From a virus: a DNA stretch of 64,000 nt. The DNA is taken from IMG/VR virus record IMGVR_UViG_3300045988_183972; one strand, 5' to 3'. A program made the position numbers and the translations under genes. The notes below the pieces were generated by a model. It saw only the letters and a list, made by a program, of their open reading frames with translations, was not told the DNA's origin and ran no database searches. Shown piece by piece: positions 20,106 through 29,683 of this stretch; position 1 is the stretch's first letter; every line of letters starts with the position of its first letter.

Positions 20106-20724
20106 AGAGTGGGTTCAGACCGCAAAACAAATAAATAATTTAGGTTCAATCTCTGCTGATGCAATAAGTGATTTACATTCAACAGATAACTGTATATCAA
20201 CGTGGGATGTTAATAATAAAAATAAAGATGATGTAAAGAAAGGAATACAAGCTTTAACATCTGGATTTAGGGCATTAGAAGATATAAAAATAGTATATTT
20301 AGATTTTGATAAATTAATAACTTCAGGATTTAATATAATACAAACTAACGGTTTAACCAAAATAAAAAATTATGAAAAACTACATAGAGATATTTCAGAT
20401 TTGAATTCTGATAAATTACAAAATTTAGCAAAAATTATTTTAGAAGAAGTATGGAGCAAAAATACTGAAATAATACACAAACAGGATATTATTTGTTATT
20501 TAATAGAAACTTTAAATGATGGGTTATTAGAATTTAATAGTTTAGAAAAAAATGTAAAGCAGGAATTAGCTTCAAATATAAATAAACAGCTAAAAAAAGG
20601 TAAATTAAAAGAAAGTGATTTTGATAAAAAGGTATTAGATGATATAAAAGAACAGATTAAAAAACAAAATAAAAAGACAAATTGTCGTTATGAAGAATTT
20701 TGTGAAAGATATAATAAAAAATAA
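20071..20724 (+). CDS. hypothetical protein (217 aa), Lys-rich C-terminus
   Basis: ORF with GGTGATGAAG upstream; overlaps previous gene end by 35 nt. Confidence 0.4.
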   Translation: MSYLIRMIGQNKEWVQTAKQINNLGSISADAISDLHSTDNCISTWDVNNKNKDDVKKGIQALTSGFRALEDIKIVYLDFDKLITSGFNIIQTNGLTKIKNYEKLHRDISDLNSDKLQNLAKIILEEVWSKNTEIIHKQDIICYLIETLNDGLLEFNSLEKNVKQELASNINKQLKKGKLKESDFDKKVLDDIKEQIKKQNKKTNCRYEEFCERYNKK

Positions 20725-20741
20725 TTTATGTACCATTTAAC

Positions 20742-20800
20742 ATCTATTAAGAATGAGTTTTAAAAACTATTTTCTTAATAGGTGTTTTTTTTGTTGTTAA
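20742..20800 (+). terminator. hairpin terminator followed by promoter-like motif
   Basis: ctattaagaa ... ttcttaatag inverted repeat then gtgtttttttt; motif TTTTCACTTTTCCACATTACTAGATATAG at 20814-20842. Confidence 0.4.
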
Positions 20801-20901
20801 AAAGTGTACATTATTTTCACTTTTCCACATTACTAGATATAGAAACAAAAAAGAATAAAACAACTATATATTGTGTTTTTATAGAAAGTGATGTGATTAT
20901 T

Positions 20902-21432
20902 ATGATGGGAAAACAGCATTTAACATTTGGATTAGCTACAGGAGTAATAACAATATTTACACTAAAAGAATTAGGTTTTACAGAAGTCTGGAATAATTCC
21001 TTTTGTTTATTAACACTTACAGGATTAGGTTCATTACTTCCAGATATAGATTACCCTTACACAACATTAGGAAAGAAAGTAAAACCTATCAGTAATCTTT
21101 TATATAAGACTATAGGACATAGAACTTATACCCACGACTTATTTTTAATGATAATAATAATGGCTTTAAGTATATATAAGTATAATAATATATTTATGTA
21201 TTTTTTATGGCTTGGAATATTAGGACATTTATTTTTAGATAGTCTTACAGCAAAGGGTATTCCTTTTTTGTATCTCTTTAATAAGAAAAACATACATTTA
21301 ACACCATACAGATTTAGATTTAATTCAAACAGTTTTAGGGCAAAAATAATAACAATATTTTTTTGCTTTTTATATGGTTACATAAATTATTGTATTTTAA
21401 AATATTTAGATATTCCTTTAAGTATTACTTAA
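20902..21432 (+). CDS. DUF457/YdjM-like membrane-bound metal-dependent hydrolase
   Basis: Start moved to ATG 20902; motifs GHRTYTHDL and GHLFLDSLTAKG flanked by TM segments match the YdjM-family His clusters. Confidence 0.5.
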   Translation: MMGKQHLTFGLATGVITIFTLKELGFTEVWNNSFCLLTLTGLGSLLPDIDYPYTTLGKKVKPISNLLYKTIGHRTYTHDLFLMIIIMALSIYKYNNIFMYFLWLGILGHLFLDSLTAKGIPFLYLFNKKNIHLTPYRFRFNSNSFRAKIITIFFCFLYGYINYCILKYLDIPLSIT

Positions 21433-21502
21433 GGGAATATTTTTTTTGTAAAAAATATTACTTTTTTTTGCTTAAAAAAAAATCAATTGCATTATTTTTA
21501 TA

Positions 21503-21527
21503 TAATCATTAATTAAATTAATGATTA
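21503..21527. promoter_or_regulatory. 25-nt palindrome (12-bp perfect inverted repeat, 1-nt centre) - candidate operator
   Basis: taatcattaatt a aattaatgatta; lies in 260-nt intergenic region upstream of the Tad-like module. Confidence 0.4.
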
Positions 21528-21610
21528 CTCCTTTCTTTTTGGTATTTTATTTTTAAAACTTTTCTAACTTATATATTAGAAAATACGCACTACTTTTAAA
21601 TGGAAGATAT

Positions 21611-21627
21611 TTAGGTTCGAGTCCTAA
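21611..21627 (+). other. tRNA T-arm-like element (TTAGG-TTCGAGT-CCTAA) with flanking CACTA/TAGTG pairing - tRNA 3'-fragment-like minihelix
   Basis: GGTTCGAGTCC is the canonical T-stem/loop sequence; 5-bp stem, 7-nt loop; GC island in AT-rich intergenic DNA; no D/anticodon arms, so not a complete tRNA. Confidence 0.3.
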
Positions 21628-21695
21628 TAGTGTGTTTTAGGTTTTTATTAATAATTTAAAATCTAAAATACAAAGATATTGAAAGGAATAAAAAA

Positions 21696-21902
21696 ATGCA
21701 CGAAATAGTTGAACATTATGGAAAGGTTATTTTAGCTCTTTTTGCTATTGCCGCAATTCTTTTATTAGCAGGATATGTAGTTTTTACAATTACAAAGAAG
21801 ACAAAGACATCTGTAGATAGTATTGATTACGAAGATGCTAAAACAAAGGTAAGCGAGGCTTGGGGAGACAACACAAATCCAACAACTCCAAATGGAAATT
21901 AA
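21696..21902 (+). CDS. small pilin-like protein (possible Flp/Tad-type prepilin)
   Basis: 68 aa; short charged N-terminus ...EHYG followed by long hydrophobic stretch KVILALFAIAAILLLAGYVVF; located first in a TadA/TadB-like operon. Confidence 0.35.
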   Translation: MHEIVEHYGKVILALFAIAAILLLAGYVVFTITKKTKTSVDSIDYEDAKTKVSEAWGDNTNPTTPNGN

Positions 21903-22013
21903 TAAATAACAGAAGACTAAAAAAAGAAAAAGAGAAAATAATTATATATTAATAAACAATTAGTATATTATTTAATTTTCTCTTTTTTTAAAAATTAAAG
22001 GGAGAAAAATTTA

Positions 22014-23129
22014 ATGGAAAATACAAATACATCTTTAACATTAGATGAAATAATAGAAAAGAACAGAAAAGATTTATTTTCAGAATTAAATGAATTCTTA
22101 GATAATGAAAAGATAACAGATATTGAATGGGATGGCGAACATTTATGGATAACAGAGTTAGGAAAAGGCTGTTATCCTGTTGATAAAAAATTATCTATAG
22201 ATTTTGTGAATAATTTAAGTATCAGATTATCAAATATAATGAAAACTAATTTTAATGCTTTAAACCCTATATTGGAAGCACATACAAAAGAATTAAGAAT
22301 ATCAATCTTTCACGAAAGCAGAACTGGGGAAAAATCTATAACTATTAGGAAAATTCCTACAAATATAAGATATAACCACGAAAAATTAGTAAAAGATAAT
22401 ACAATCCCAGAAGAATTATTAAACCTATTAGAAAATTGTGTTAAAGCACATTGTAATATAGTTGTTGGAGGAAGACCTCACGCAGGAAAAACAGAATTAG
22501 TTAAATACTTATCTAATTTTATACCAGCAAATGAGAAAGTAGTGACATTAGAGGATAATGCAGAAATCCATTATAGAGAAATACATCCTAATAGAAAGAG
22601 TGTATCATTTTTAGTTGATGATAAAGTAACATATTCAGATGCTATTAAGGCTTGTTTGAGACATAATGCTGATTGGTTACTATTATCTGAAGCAAGAGGA
22701 CCAGAGATTATTGAACTTCTTAATGCACTTAGTACAGGAAGTTATTGTATGACGACAGTACACGTAGATGGAGCTAAAGACATTCCTGATAGAATGTATA
22801 ATATGCTTAATAATAGTAGTATAAATGAAAGATTTATCAATAACATATATCGTTATATGGATGTAGGAATAATAATAAAAGCTGATAAAAAAGAAAACAG
22901 AATTATATCAGAAGTTGGATTTTTTAACAGAGCAAATGTTAAGAATGAAGATGGAGAATATGAAATGCAGAACATTTATACACCTTTTTATAATACATTT
23001 GAAGGGTTAAAAGATAAAGATAAGTTACCTATAAATATCCAAAGAGCATTTGTAAGAGAAAATATTAAAAATCCATTTGAAAAACCAGAAATTACTGATG
23101 AAATAAAGGAAGTTTCTGTAAATGGTTAA
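22014..23129 (+). CDS. secretion/pilus-assembly ATPase of the TadA/CpaF/VirB11 (T2SSE) family
   Basis: Walker A VVGGRPHAGKTELVKYL, Asp-box KVVTLEDNAEIHY, Walker B DWLLLSEARGPE, His-box GSYCMTTVHVDGAKDIPDRM in canonical order. Confidence 0.65.
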   Translation: MENTNTSLTLDEIIEKNRKDLFSELNEFLDNEKITDIEWDGEHLWITELGKGCYPVDKKLSIDFVNNLSIRLSNIMKTNFNALNPILEAHTKELRISIFHESRTGEKSITIRKIPTNIRYNHEKLVKDNTIPEELLNLLENCVKAHCNIVVGGRPHAGKTELVKYLSNFIPANEKVVTLEDNAEIHYREIHPNRKSVSFLVDDKVTYSDAIKACLRHNADWLLLSEARGPEIIELLNALSTGSYCMTTVHVDGAKDIPDRMYNMLNNSSINERFINNIYRYMDVGIIIKADKKENRIISEVGFFNRANVKNEDGEYEMQNIYTPFYNTFEGLKDKDKLPINIQRAFVRENIKNPFEKPEITDEIKEVSVNG

Positions 23130-24621
23130 TACATTTAATAAAATAAAAGATTATTTCTCTTTAAAGCAGATGAAAAAAGAAATCTATGGTTATGGTTATA
23201 CTGTATCAGGAATAAAATATTTATTAATGACAATTATAAGTATATTAATAACAATAGGTTTTAGCTTATTATATCAAATGCAGATTGGCTATACAATAAT
23301 AGTTGCGTTCCTATCTTTTGCTGTTATTCCTTTACTAATAAGAGCAAAATTTATTAATTTATATCAGAAAAAACGATTTAATGAAGTAGATATATATTTA
23401 CATCAGATGGTTTATTCATTTCAGAAAAAACCTAAGATATTAACAGCTCTTGAAGATACAGTAAAAGTAAGTACAGGTAAATTAAAAAAGACCTTAGAAA
23501 TAGCTATTGAAAACTTATATACAAGTTCTTCTGAAAGTTTGTATGAAGAGTCATTTAAAATAATAGAAAAAGAATATAATAATTCCAGAGTAAAAGCGTT
23601 AAACAAATATATGTTAAATATAGAAAAAACAGGTGGAGAGTATTCTAATTCTATTAATATTATGCTTGTAGATATTGATAGCTGGATAAATAGAACATAT
23701 ATGGAACAAGCAGAAGTAGAACGTATTAAATTTACCAATATGATAGGTTTATTAATAGGCTTTATAATGGGTAGCGTTTGTTCAATTTTTTCTTATTATA
23801 TGAACCATAGCCAATATGTATCTGTAAATGGAAGTGTAGCTGATGATGTATTATATCAGATTGGATGTTTAGTATTTTTAGTTGTATGTGTATTATTTTA
23901 TACATATACACAAGTTGGATATAACAGAGATTGGGTATCCAAAGAATTAAATAAAAAAACAGTAATGAAAGATTATAAAACAGCAACAGAATTTAATCCT
24001 AACAAGCTTAGAATAATGAGTATACAAATATATATATTTTTCATTATTTTAGCAATAGTTATATATTTTATAAAGGCAATTCCTTTTAGAGGATTTATTT
24101 CTATAGGTCTTATAGCTTTTGATATATATTTAATAATATCACCTAAATTACAAAAAAATGGAGCTGTTGCAAGAACCAAAAAGAACATTCAGAATAGTTT
24201 CTCAGAATGGTTAAGAGATGTTTCATTGAATTTACAAAAAGAACCATTGTTGTCTGCTATTCAGGATACATATGATGAATGTCCTGTAGTATTAAAACCA
24301 GAATTAGAATTATTTTTAACAAGAATAGAAGAAAATCCAACAGCAGTAGAACCATATTATGAATTTTTAGCAAGATTTCGTATTTTAGATATAAGTTCTG
24401 CCATTAGAAATTTATATTCTATCTCAGACAATAATTCAGAAGATATGGATAAACAGTTAAATTCTTTAATAGAAAGAAATTATAGTATTATAAATAAAAA
24501 TGAAATAGCATCATATGAAGATAGAAATGCAGCACTGCATTTTTCTGAAAACATTCCTATAATTATAGCCAGTATTAAGTTGGGAATTGATATGTTAGCT
24601 TTAATTTCAATATTTATTTAA
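23122..24621 (+). CDS. polytopic inner-membrane platform protein (TadB/TadC/T2SSF-like)
   Basis: 499 aa with >=8 hydrophobic helices; start overlaps ATPase stop (ATGG), typical of T2SSE-T2SSF gene pairs. Confidence 0.4.
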   Translation: MVNTFNKIKDYFSLKQMKKEIYGYGYTVSGIKYLLMTIISILITIGFSLLYQMQIGYTIIVAFLSFAVIPLLIRAKFINLYQKKRFNEVDIYLHQMVYSFQKKPKILTALEDTVKVSTGKLKKTLEIAIENLYTSSSESLYEESFKIIEKEYNNSRVKALNKYMLNIEKTGGEYSNSINIMLVDIDSWINRTYMEQAEVERIKFTNMIGLLIGFIMGSVCSIFSYYMNHSQYVSVNGSVADDVLYQIGCLVFLVVCVLFYTYTQVGYNRDWVSKELNKKTVMKDYKTATEFNPNKLRIMSIQIYIFFIILAIVIYFIKAIPFRGFISIGLIAFDIYLIISPKLQKNGAVARTKKNIQNSFSEWLRDVSLNLQKEPLLSAIQDTYDECPVVLKPELELFLTRIEENPTAVEPYYEFLARFRILDISSAIRNLYSISDNNSEDMDKQLNSLIERNYSIINKNEIASYEDRNAALHFSENIPIIIASIKLGIDMLALISIFI

Positions 24622-24698
24622 TGATTTTATTATATTACTAACATAGTTATAAAATAGCTGTGTTAGTAATTATTATAAATAGAAAAGAGGAAAAATAA

Positions 24699-24809
24699 AT
24701 GCATACATTAATAGATAATTTTTCAGACATATTAGTTGCTTTAATAGTAAATAGTGGAGTAATAATAATATTTTTATATTGTTTATTTAAGGTTATGGGA
24801 GGTTTTTAG
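24699..24809 (+). CDS. small hydrophobic peptide (36 aa), candidate Flp-like pilin/minor pilin
   Basis: MHTLIDNFSDILVALIVNSGVIIIFLYCLFKVMGGF; RBS AAGAGGAAAAAT; below 60-aa ORF threshold. Confidence 0.25.
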   Translation: MHTLIDNFSDILVALIVNSGVIIIFLYCLFKVMGGF

Positions 24810-24815
24810 AATTAT

Positions 24816-24953
24816 ATGAATGAAATATTAGAAGTTTATGGAGAAAATTTAATAGAAATGCTGGGAGTTATTGCTGGAATTTCATTAGTTATTGTATTAA
24901 TGATAAATTATGGGGAAACAATCCAGCAGATATTAAATGGCATTTTTATATAA
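24816..24953 (+). CDS. small hydrophobic peptide (45 aa), candidate Flp-like pilin
   Basis: MNEILEVYGENLIEMLGVIAGISLVIVLMINYGETIQQILNGIFI; GGGAGG RBS 8 nt upstream. Confidence 0.25.
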   Translation: MNEILEVYGENLIEMLGVIAGISLVIVLMINYGETIQQILNGIFI

Positions 24954-24974
24954 AAATAAAAGGATAAATGAAAT

Positions 24975-25466
24975 ATGAAAAGTATTATAGAAAGCAGTAT
25001 TTATTTATTTCTTATGGCATTAATTTGTGGTATCTCAGTACAATTTATTTTGATGAATGAAAGAGTAACAAAAGTAAATGAAGTAGCTTCATATATTGAA
25101 AATTATACAGAAGCTAATGGAATATGTGAAACAGAAGAAGTAGAAATAGATGGTAAAAAGATAAATAAAATAATATATTACAAATATGATAATGCAAACA
25201 ATATAGTAAAAGCAACAGAAGAAGAAATAAATAATAAGGATATTTTAACATTTCCTAAAATACAAGATGATAAAATAGAAGCATTAAAAAATATAACTAA
25301 AGATTATGGTTTTAAAATAGATTTTAAATATATTTCCCCAACAAGCAACTATGGATATATGGATTATACAGTAACATACTATTTAGGTAATAGCTTATTA
25401 GGATTTGGAAAAACACACACATATTCAGGTTTAGCAAGATTTTCATTAGTAGAGCAGGGAGTGTGA
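24975..25466 (+). CDS. N-terminally membrane-anchored protein (TadE/pseudopilin-like candidate)
   Basis: N-terminal TM SIYLFLMALICGISVQFILM then soluble domain; follows pilin-like peptides. Confidence 0.3.
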   Translation: MKSIIESSIYLFLMALICGISVQFILMNERVTKVNEVASYIENYTEANGICETEEVEIDGKKINKIIYYKYDNANNIVKATEEEINNKDILTFPKIQDDKIEALKNITKDYGFKIDFKYISPTSNYGYMDYTVTYYLGNSLLGFGKTHTYSGLARFSLVEQGV

Positions 25467-25470
25467 TTTT

Positions 25471-25929
25471 ATGAGAACAACAATTACAACCTCTACTTTA
25501 TTAGTATCATTAGTTATAATAGTATTAATTCATTGTACATTAATAGGACATAATGCTAGAGAAAATGAAATATCATCTGGATTAAATAGTTCAATAGATT
25601 ATGCTTATGGGAAAATGATGGACTATTATGAGGATAAAGAGTTTATAGATAAATATGTAGAAACAGACCCTTTTGGGTTTGCTAAATATGATGAAAATAA
25701 TAAGTTAATATTTAAAATAGATGTAGAAACTGTAAAGAAAGAATTAGTAAACAAATTCTGTGAAATCTTGCAACAAAGATTAGGTTCAGATGGAAAAATA
25801 AAAGTACAAGTATTATATATGGATTTAGATGAAGGTACTTTTCAAGTAAATGTTACTGAATATTATGCTTATCCATTATCAAGTAAAACAGGAGCTTGTA
25901 TGTACGAAAAAACATATACTTTATATTAA
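25471..25929 (+). CDS. N-terminally membrane-anchored protein (TadE/pseudopilin-like candidate)
   Basis: N-terminal TM TSTLLVSLVIIVLIHCTLIG; translationally coupled to previous gene. Confidence 0.3.
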   Translation: MRTTITTSTLLVSLVIIVLIHCTLIGHNARENEISSGLNSSIDYAYGKMMDYYEDKEFIDKYVETDPFGFAKYDENNKLIFKIDVETVKKELVNKFCEILQQRLGSDGKIKVQVLYMDLDEGTFQVNVTEYYAYPLSSKTGACMYEKTYTLY

Positions 25930-26041
25930 GATTAGGAGTAATTAACTCTTAATCTTTTTTTATAATTTATTGTTAAAAGTCGCAATAATTAAATAAAACT
26001 ACATTATTATATTTATATTAAAAATAAAGAAAGGTGTAAAA

Positions 26042-27310
26042 ATGGAAAAAATAAAATATTCAGCTAGTGAAAAAAAGAATAGACATTTGTTATTTGAAAC
26101 TAATAAAAATTTATTTATTACAGGAGCAGGAGGTACAGGAAAATCTACTTTTCTAAATGAATTTATAGAAAAGAACCCTAATACAATAGTAACAGCTCCA
26201 ACAGGAATAGCGGCAGTAAATATAGGAGGAGTAACAACTTTTAATGCTTTTAGTATACCAATACCTTGTTTTGGAGCTACAACAAATAAACTGACTGAAG
26301 CAAAATTAAAGAAGATAATTATGGTTGATAATGTAATTATTGATGAAATAAGTATGTGCAGAGTAGATGCTTTTGTTTATATCACAAAGGTAATTAAAAA
26401 AGCTGAAAAGATAAAAGGTAAGAAGATAAGAATTATTGTTAGTGGGGATTTCTCACAGCTTCCTCCTGTAATTACAGATGAAGATGCTAAAATGTTAAAA
26501 AAATTTGGTTTTCATAAGTCTGGGTTGCCTTTTACTTGTAAAGAGTGGGAAAATTGTCATTTTACTACTATAGAGCTTACAGAAGTTAAAAGACAGGATA
26601 ATCTTGAATTTATAGAAAACTTAAATAAAGCCAGATTAGCAGATAAAAAATGTATAACATATTTTAATCAGTTTGTAACAGATGAAATTCCAGATGATTG
26701 TATTCATATATGTGGAACTAACGCAGAAAGTTCTAAACTTAATAAAGAATATTTGGACTCATTAGAGGGTATGCCATATGCGTATCAGGCAGTAAAACAA
26801 GGAAGAACTACAGGAGCATATGTAGATGATATTATTATTCTTAAAGATGGAGCAAATGTATATTTTACAGTCAATGATATATACGAGCATAAATATGTTA
26901 ATGGAACATTTGGAAAAATACATAAATGTTTTAATGACCATATAGAAGTAGAAGTTGATGAAGAAATAATAGATGTTTACCCACACAGATATTCGGTTTA
27001 TAATTATAAAATTATAAATGGAGTATTAAAGAAAGAAGAAATTGGTTCAGTTTTACAAATGCCTTTAAAATTAGCTAAAGCAATTACTGTGCATAAATCC
27101 CAAGGCAAAACTTTTAATAAAGAAGTGTTTACACCTAAAATATTCGCAGCAGGACAGGCTTATGTTGCATTAAGCAGAGTAAGAAATCCTGAAGGTTTAT
27201 TTTTAACAGAACCTTTACTTCCAGAACAATTAATGTCAGACAGAACAGTACTTAAATTTTATAAAAATAATTATAAATTTGAAAGTAATCGTAAAAAAAC
27301 AGAAAAATAA
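26042..27310 (+). CDS. PIF1/RecD-family (AAA_30) DNA helicase
   Basis: Walker A ITGAGGTGKSTFL, motif Ia VTAPTGIAAVNIGG, Walker B IIDEISMC, C-terminal AITVHKSQGKTF and GQAYVALSRVRNPEGLFL (UvrD_C_2-like). Confidence 0.7.
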   Translation: MEKIKYSASEKKNRHLLFETNKNLFITGAGGTGKSTFLNEFIEKNPNTIVTAPTGIAAVNIGGVTTFNAFSIPIPCFGATTNKLTEAKLKKIIMVDNVIIDEISMCRVDAFVYITKVIKKAEKIKGKKIRIIVSGDFSQLPPVITDEDAKMLKKFGFHKSGLPFTCKEWENCHFTTIELTEVKRQDNLEFIENLNKARLADKKCITYFNQFVTDEIPDDCIHICGTNAESSKLNKEYLDSLEGMPYAYQAVKQGRTTGAYVDDIIILKDGANVYFTVNDIYEHKYVNGTFGKIHKCFNDHIEVEVDEEIIDVYPHRYSVYNYKIINGVLKKEEIGSVLQMPLKLAKAITVHKSQGKTFNKEVFTPKIFAAGQAYVALSRVRNPEGLFLTEPLLPEQLMSDRTVLKFYKNNYKFESNRKKTEK

Positions 27311-27336
27311 TACAAATATATTGATGAAAATTATAA

Positions 27337-27378
27337 AAGACCTTTAAAGTATATTTAACTTTAGAGGTCTTATTTTTT
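27337..27378. terminator. bidirectional hairpin terminator between convergent genes
   Basis: aagacctttaaag-N9-ctttagaggtctt inverted repeat flanked by A-run upstream and T-run downstream. Confidence 0.5.
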
Positions 27379-27387
27379 AATAAGTTT

Positions 27388-27531
27388 TTAATGTGTATTT
27401 TTAAGATATAGCTTAATATATTCTCTTGTTTTAGGGTCACAATGTAATTCATCAATAGATTTCTTTCCTGATTTTACATCTTCAACAGCTTGTTTGAAAA
27501 ATTCATCTTTAATTAAATCATTATTATCCAT
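27388..27531 (-). CDS. hypothetical small protein (47 aa)
   Basis: MDNNDLIKDEFFKQAVEDVKSGKKSIDELHCDPKTREYIKLYLKNTH on minus strand with GGAGATTTTTT RBS; first gene of minus-strand block end. Confidence 0.3.
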   Translation of the reverse strand: MDNNDLIKDEFFKQAVEDVKSGKKSIDELHCDPKTREYIKLYLKNTH

Positions 27532-27550
27532 ATAAAAAATCTCCTTATTT

Positions 27551-28582
27551 TTACTCTAATTCATAATTACAATCATCATTATGAGTAATATTTATATCTA
27601 TAATATTGTTATTACAATTTTTTTTAGCTGTTTTTTGGTCTTGTAACAATTTTTTTGCTTTATATAAAAACGTAGGATTATTTTTAATTTGAGCTTTATT
27701 CATATTGTTAATTATATCATTAATTTCATTCATAGATAGTATAGTAATATCATATTTTTTACTAAAGCTATTGTTAGGTATAAAATTAGGATTGTATGTA
27801 TTATATTCTTGTGTTTCTAATATTTCCTGTTTCGTTTCTTTATTAAGATATTTTGATACTTCTTTTTCGTTAAGGGATTTTCCCTGATATAATGCTAATA
27901 TACATATATCATACATAATAGTAGCTTCTAAGTCATTAGCTGGCTTTATATGGTCATATATATTAAGATAACAAGTATCTATTAAAGTAAATATTTCTTT
28001 GTCAGATAAGGATATATTATATAATTCTCGAAAGTTTTGTAATTTAATTTGAACTATGTCATCATATTTTTCTGTTATTTTTAAAACATTTTCATAGGCA
28101 TAGTTAAAAGCTTCACGTTCTAATGAACATAAAACATAAAAACATAAAGCAATTTCTTTACTCTTTATATATAGATTGTTATAATCATTTATATATAAAT
28201 ATGCTTTTTTAGACTGTATATAAAATACATCATTAAATTGTATTATTTTGTTAAGTTTAAAAAACGAATTAGTTTCTATTAATTTATTTTGATGACTGTG
28301 ATATAATTCGTGATATAAGGTGTTATATAATACATAACAATTGTCATCTCTATTAGATGTTAAAAGGTCTGCATTAATTTTTATAATCTTATCATCATAA
28401 GAAAAAAATCCATTTATATCTGGAGAATTAAAGTTTTTAATAATAAGTTTAGAACAGTTATTTGGAATATTTTTCTTTATTTTATCAAAAAGGGAAAAAG
28501 TTATTTTTTCTTTACGATTAATAGATAATATTTTCCAATTTTTAGAAGTGAAATAATCTTCAAGCTTACGTTTAAAAAACAT
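27551..28582 (-). CDS. HExxH-motif protein (putative zincin-like metallopeptidase; ImmA/IrrE- or ArdC-C-terminal-like)
   Basis: 343 aa; TLYHELYHSHQNKL contains HELYH; no other recognisable domain. Confidence 0.35.
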   Translation of the reverse strand: MFFKRKLEDYFTSKNWKILSINRKEKITFSLFDKIKKNIPNNCSKLIIKNFNSPDINGFFSYDDKIIKINADLLTSNRDDNCYVLYNTLYHELYHSHQNKLIETNSFFKLNKIIQFNDVFYIQSKKAYLYINDYNNLYIKSKEIALCFYVLCSLEREAFNYAYENVLKITEKYDDIVQIKLQNFRELYNISLSDKEIFTLIDTCYLNIYDHIKPANDLEATIMYDICILALYQGKSLNEKEVSKYLNKETKQEILETQEYNTYNPNFIPNNSFSKKYDITILSMNEINDIINNMNKAQIKNNPTFLYKAKKLLQDQKTAKKNCNNNIIDINITHNDDCNYELE

Positions 28583-28594
28583 AATAGTTCTCCT

Positions 28595-28936
28595 TTATAC
28601 ATATAAATAAAAAAACGAATGTAAATATTTTTCTTTATCTTTGTAATTATTTTTACAATAATCATTAAAATAAGGCAAACACATTATAAAATCGTGAATT
28701 TGGTTAAAATTATAATCTGAATACATTATATCCCTAATAGATAATCCTTTCACCTTAATATCACTAATATTTTTATTATTTAGCCATTCATAAAAATTAG
28801 GAAGGCATTTATCTGGTATATATTCAGTTCTATTTTTTATAAGCCTTATGGCTTCATCTTCATCATAATCATATCCATCATCATAGGATTGTAATTTTAA
28901 TATCATTCTTTCTTTTAAATCTTTAGGTATGGTCAT
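28595..28936 (-). CDS. hypothetical protein (113 aa)
   Basis: ORF with AGGAGAAATAAAAATT upstream (minus strand). Confidence 0.4.
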   Translation of the reverse strand: MTIPKDLKERMILKLQSYDDGYDYDEDEAIRLIKNRTEYIPDKCLPNFYEWLNNKNISDIKVKGLSIRDIMYSDYNFNQIHDFIMCLPYFNDYCKNNYKDKEKYLHSFFYLYV

Positions 28937-29037
28937 AATTTTTATTTCTCCTTTTATTTTTTATTAAATTGTTTATATGTCTGGTATTATTTTTTCTGTA
29001 TTTTGTTATCATAATATCTTGATTAAAATATAAATAA

Positions 29038-29604
29038 TTACTTATTATTGATTTCCTTTTCTTTATTAAAAAATGCTAACCCTATACAAATACTGTCAGC
29101 AATATCGTCACTAACATCTATATCGTATATTTGTTTTACTAATTCGATAGCTCTATTTTTTAATTCTTTTCTTTTTAATTTTACTTTATTTTCTGAATTA
29201 GGTATTCCTACAGCTTTTCTCCAAACAGTAGGAGAGTAGAAATATATCAAACATCTCTTATGTTCTATTGAATAACTAAGAACTAAGCCTTGTATATGAC
29301 ATAACTTTTTATAAGCATATCCATCTTTTCCCATATAAGTATCTTCAATAACTATTACTTTAGGTTTATATTTTTTTAGATAAATATTAATTCCTTTTAT
29401 CATTTCAATTATTCGATAATCCATATTTTTCTTTTTTATTTCATTTTCCTCTTGTTTATTCATATTTTTATTTGTTTCATAAGGATTATCTGGTTTAATA
29501 TAAGTGTAATCTATAAGTTCTTTTGTATTATAATCAAAAACAGCAATACCAGTATTTGTTGTACTTCCATCTATGCTGATTAAATATTGCTTTATTTTAT
29601 TCAT
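29038..29604 (-). CDS. RuvC-family Holliday-junction resolvase-like nuclease
   Basis: ISIDGSTTNTGIAVFD (RuvC motif I), VIVIEDTYMG (catalytic Glu), C-terminal DVSDDIADSICIGLAF (DxxDA motif). Confidence 0.55.
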   Translation of the reverse strand: MNKIKQYLISIDGSTTNTGIAVFDYNTKELIDYTYIKPDNPYETNKNMNKQEENEIKKKNMDYRIIEMIKGINIYLKKYKPKVIVIEDTYMGKDGYAYKKLCHIQGLVLSYSIEHKRCLIYFYSPTVWRKAVGIPNSENKVKLKRKELKNRAIELVKQIYDIDVSDDIADSICIGLAFFNKEKEINNK

Positions 29605-29683
29605 TTGTTTTTATTCCTTTTTTAATAATATATATTATCTTTTTTATTTTTAATTTAATGAAAATCAAAAGTAATTTTATATA

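Noticed and set aside
21590-21645. Complete tRNA gene
   Set aside because: Only a T-arm and a short acceptor-like stem are present. There is no room or pairing for D and anticodon arms, so it is recorded as a tRNA-like fragment only.
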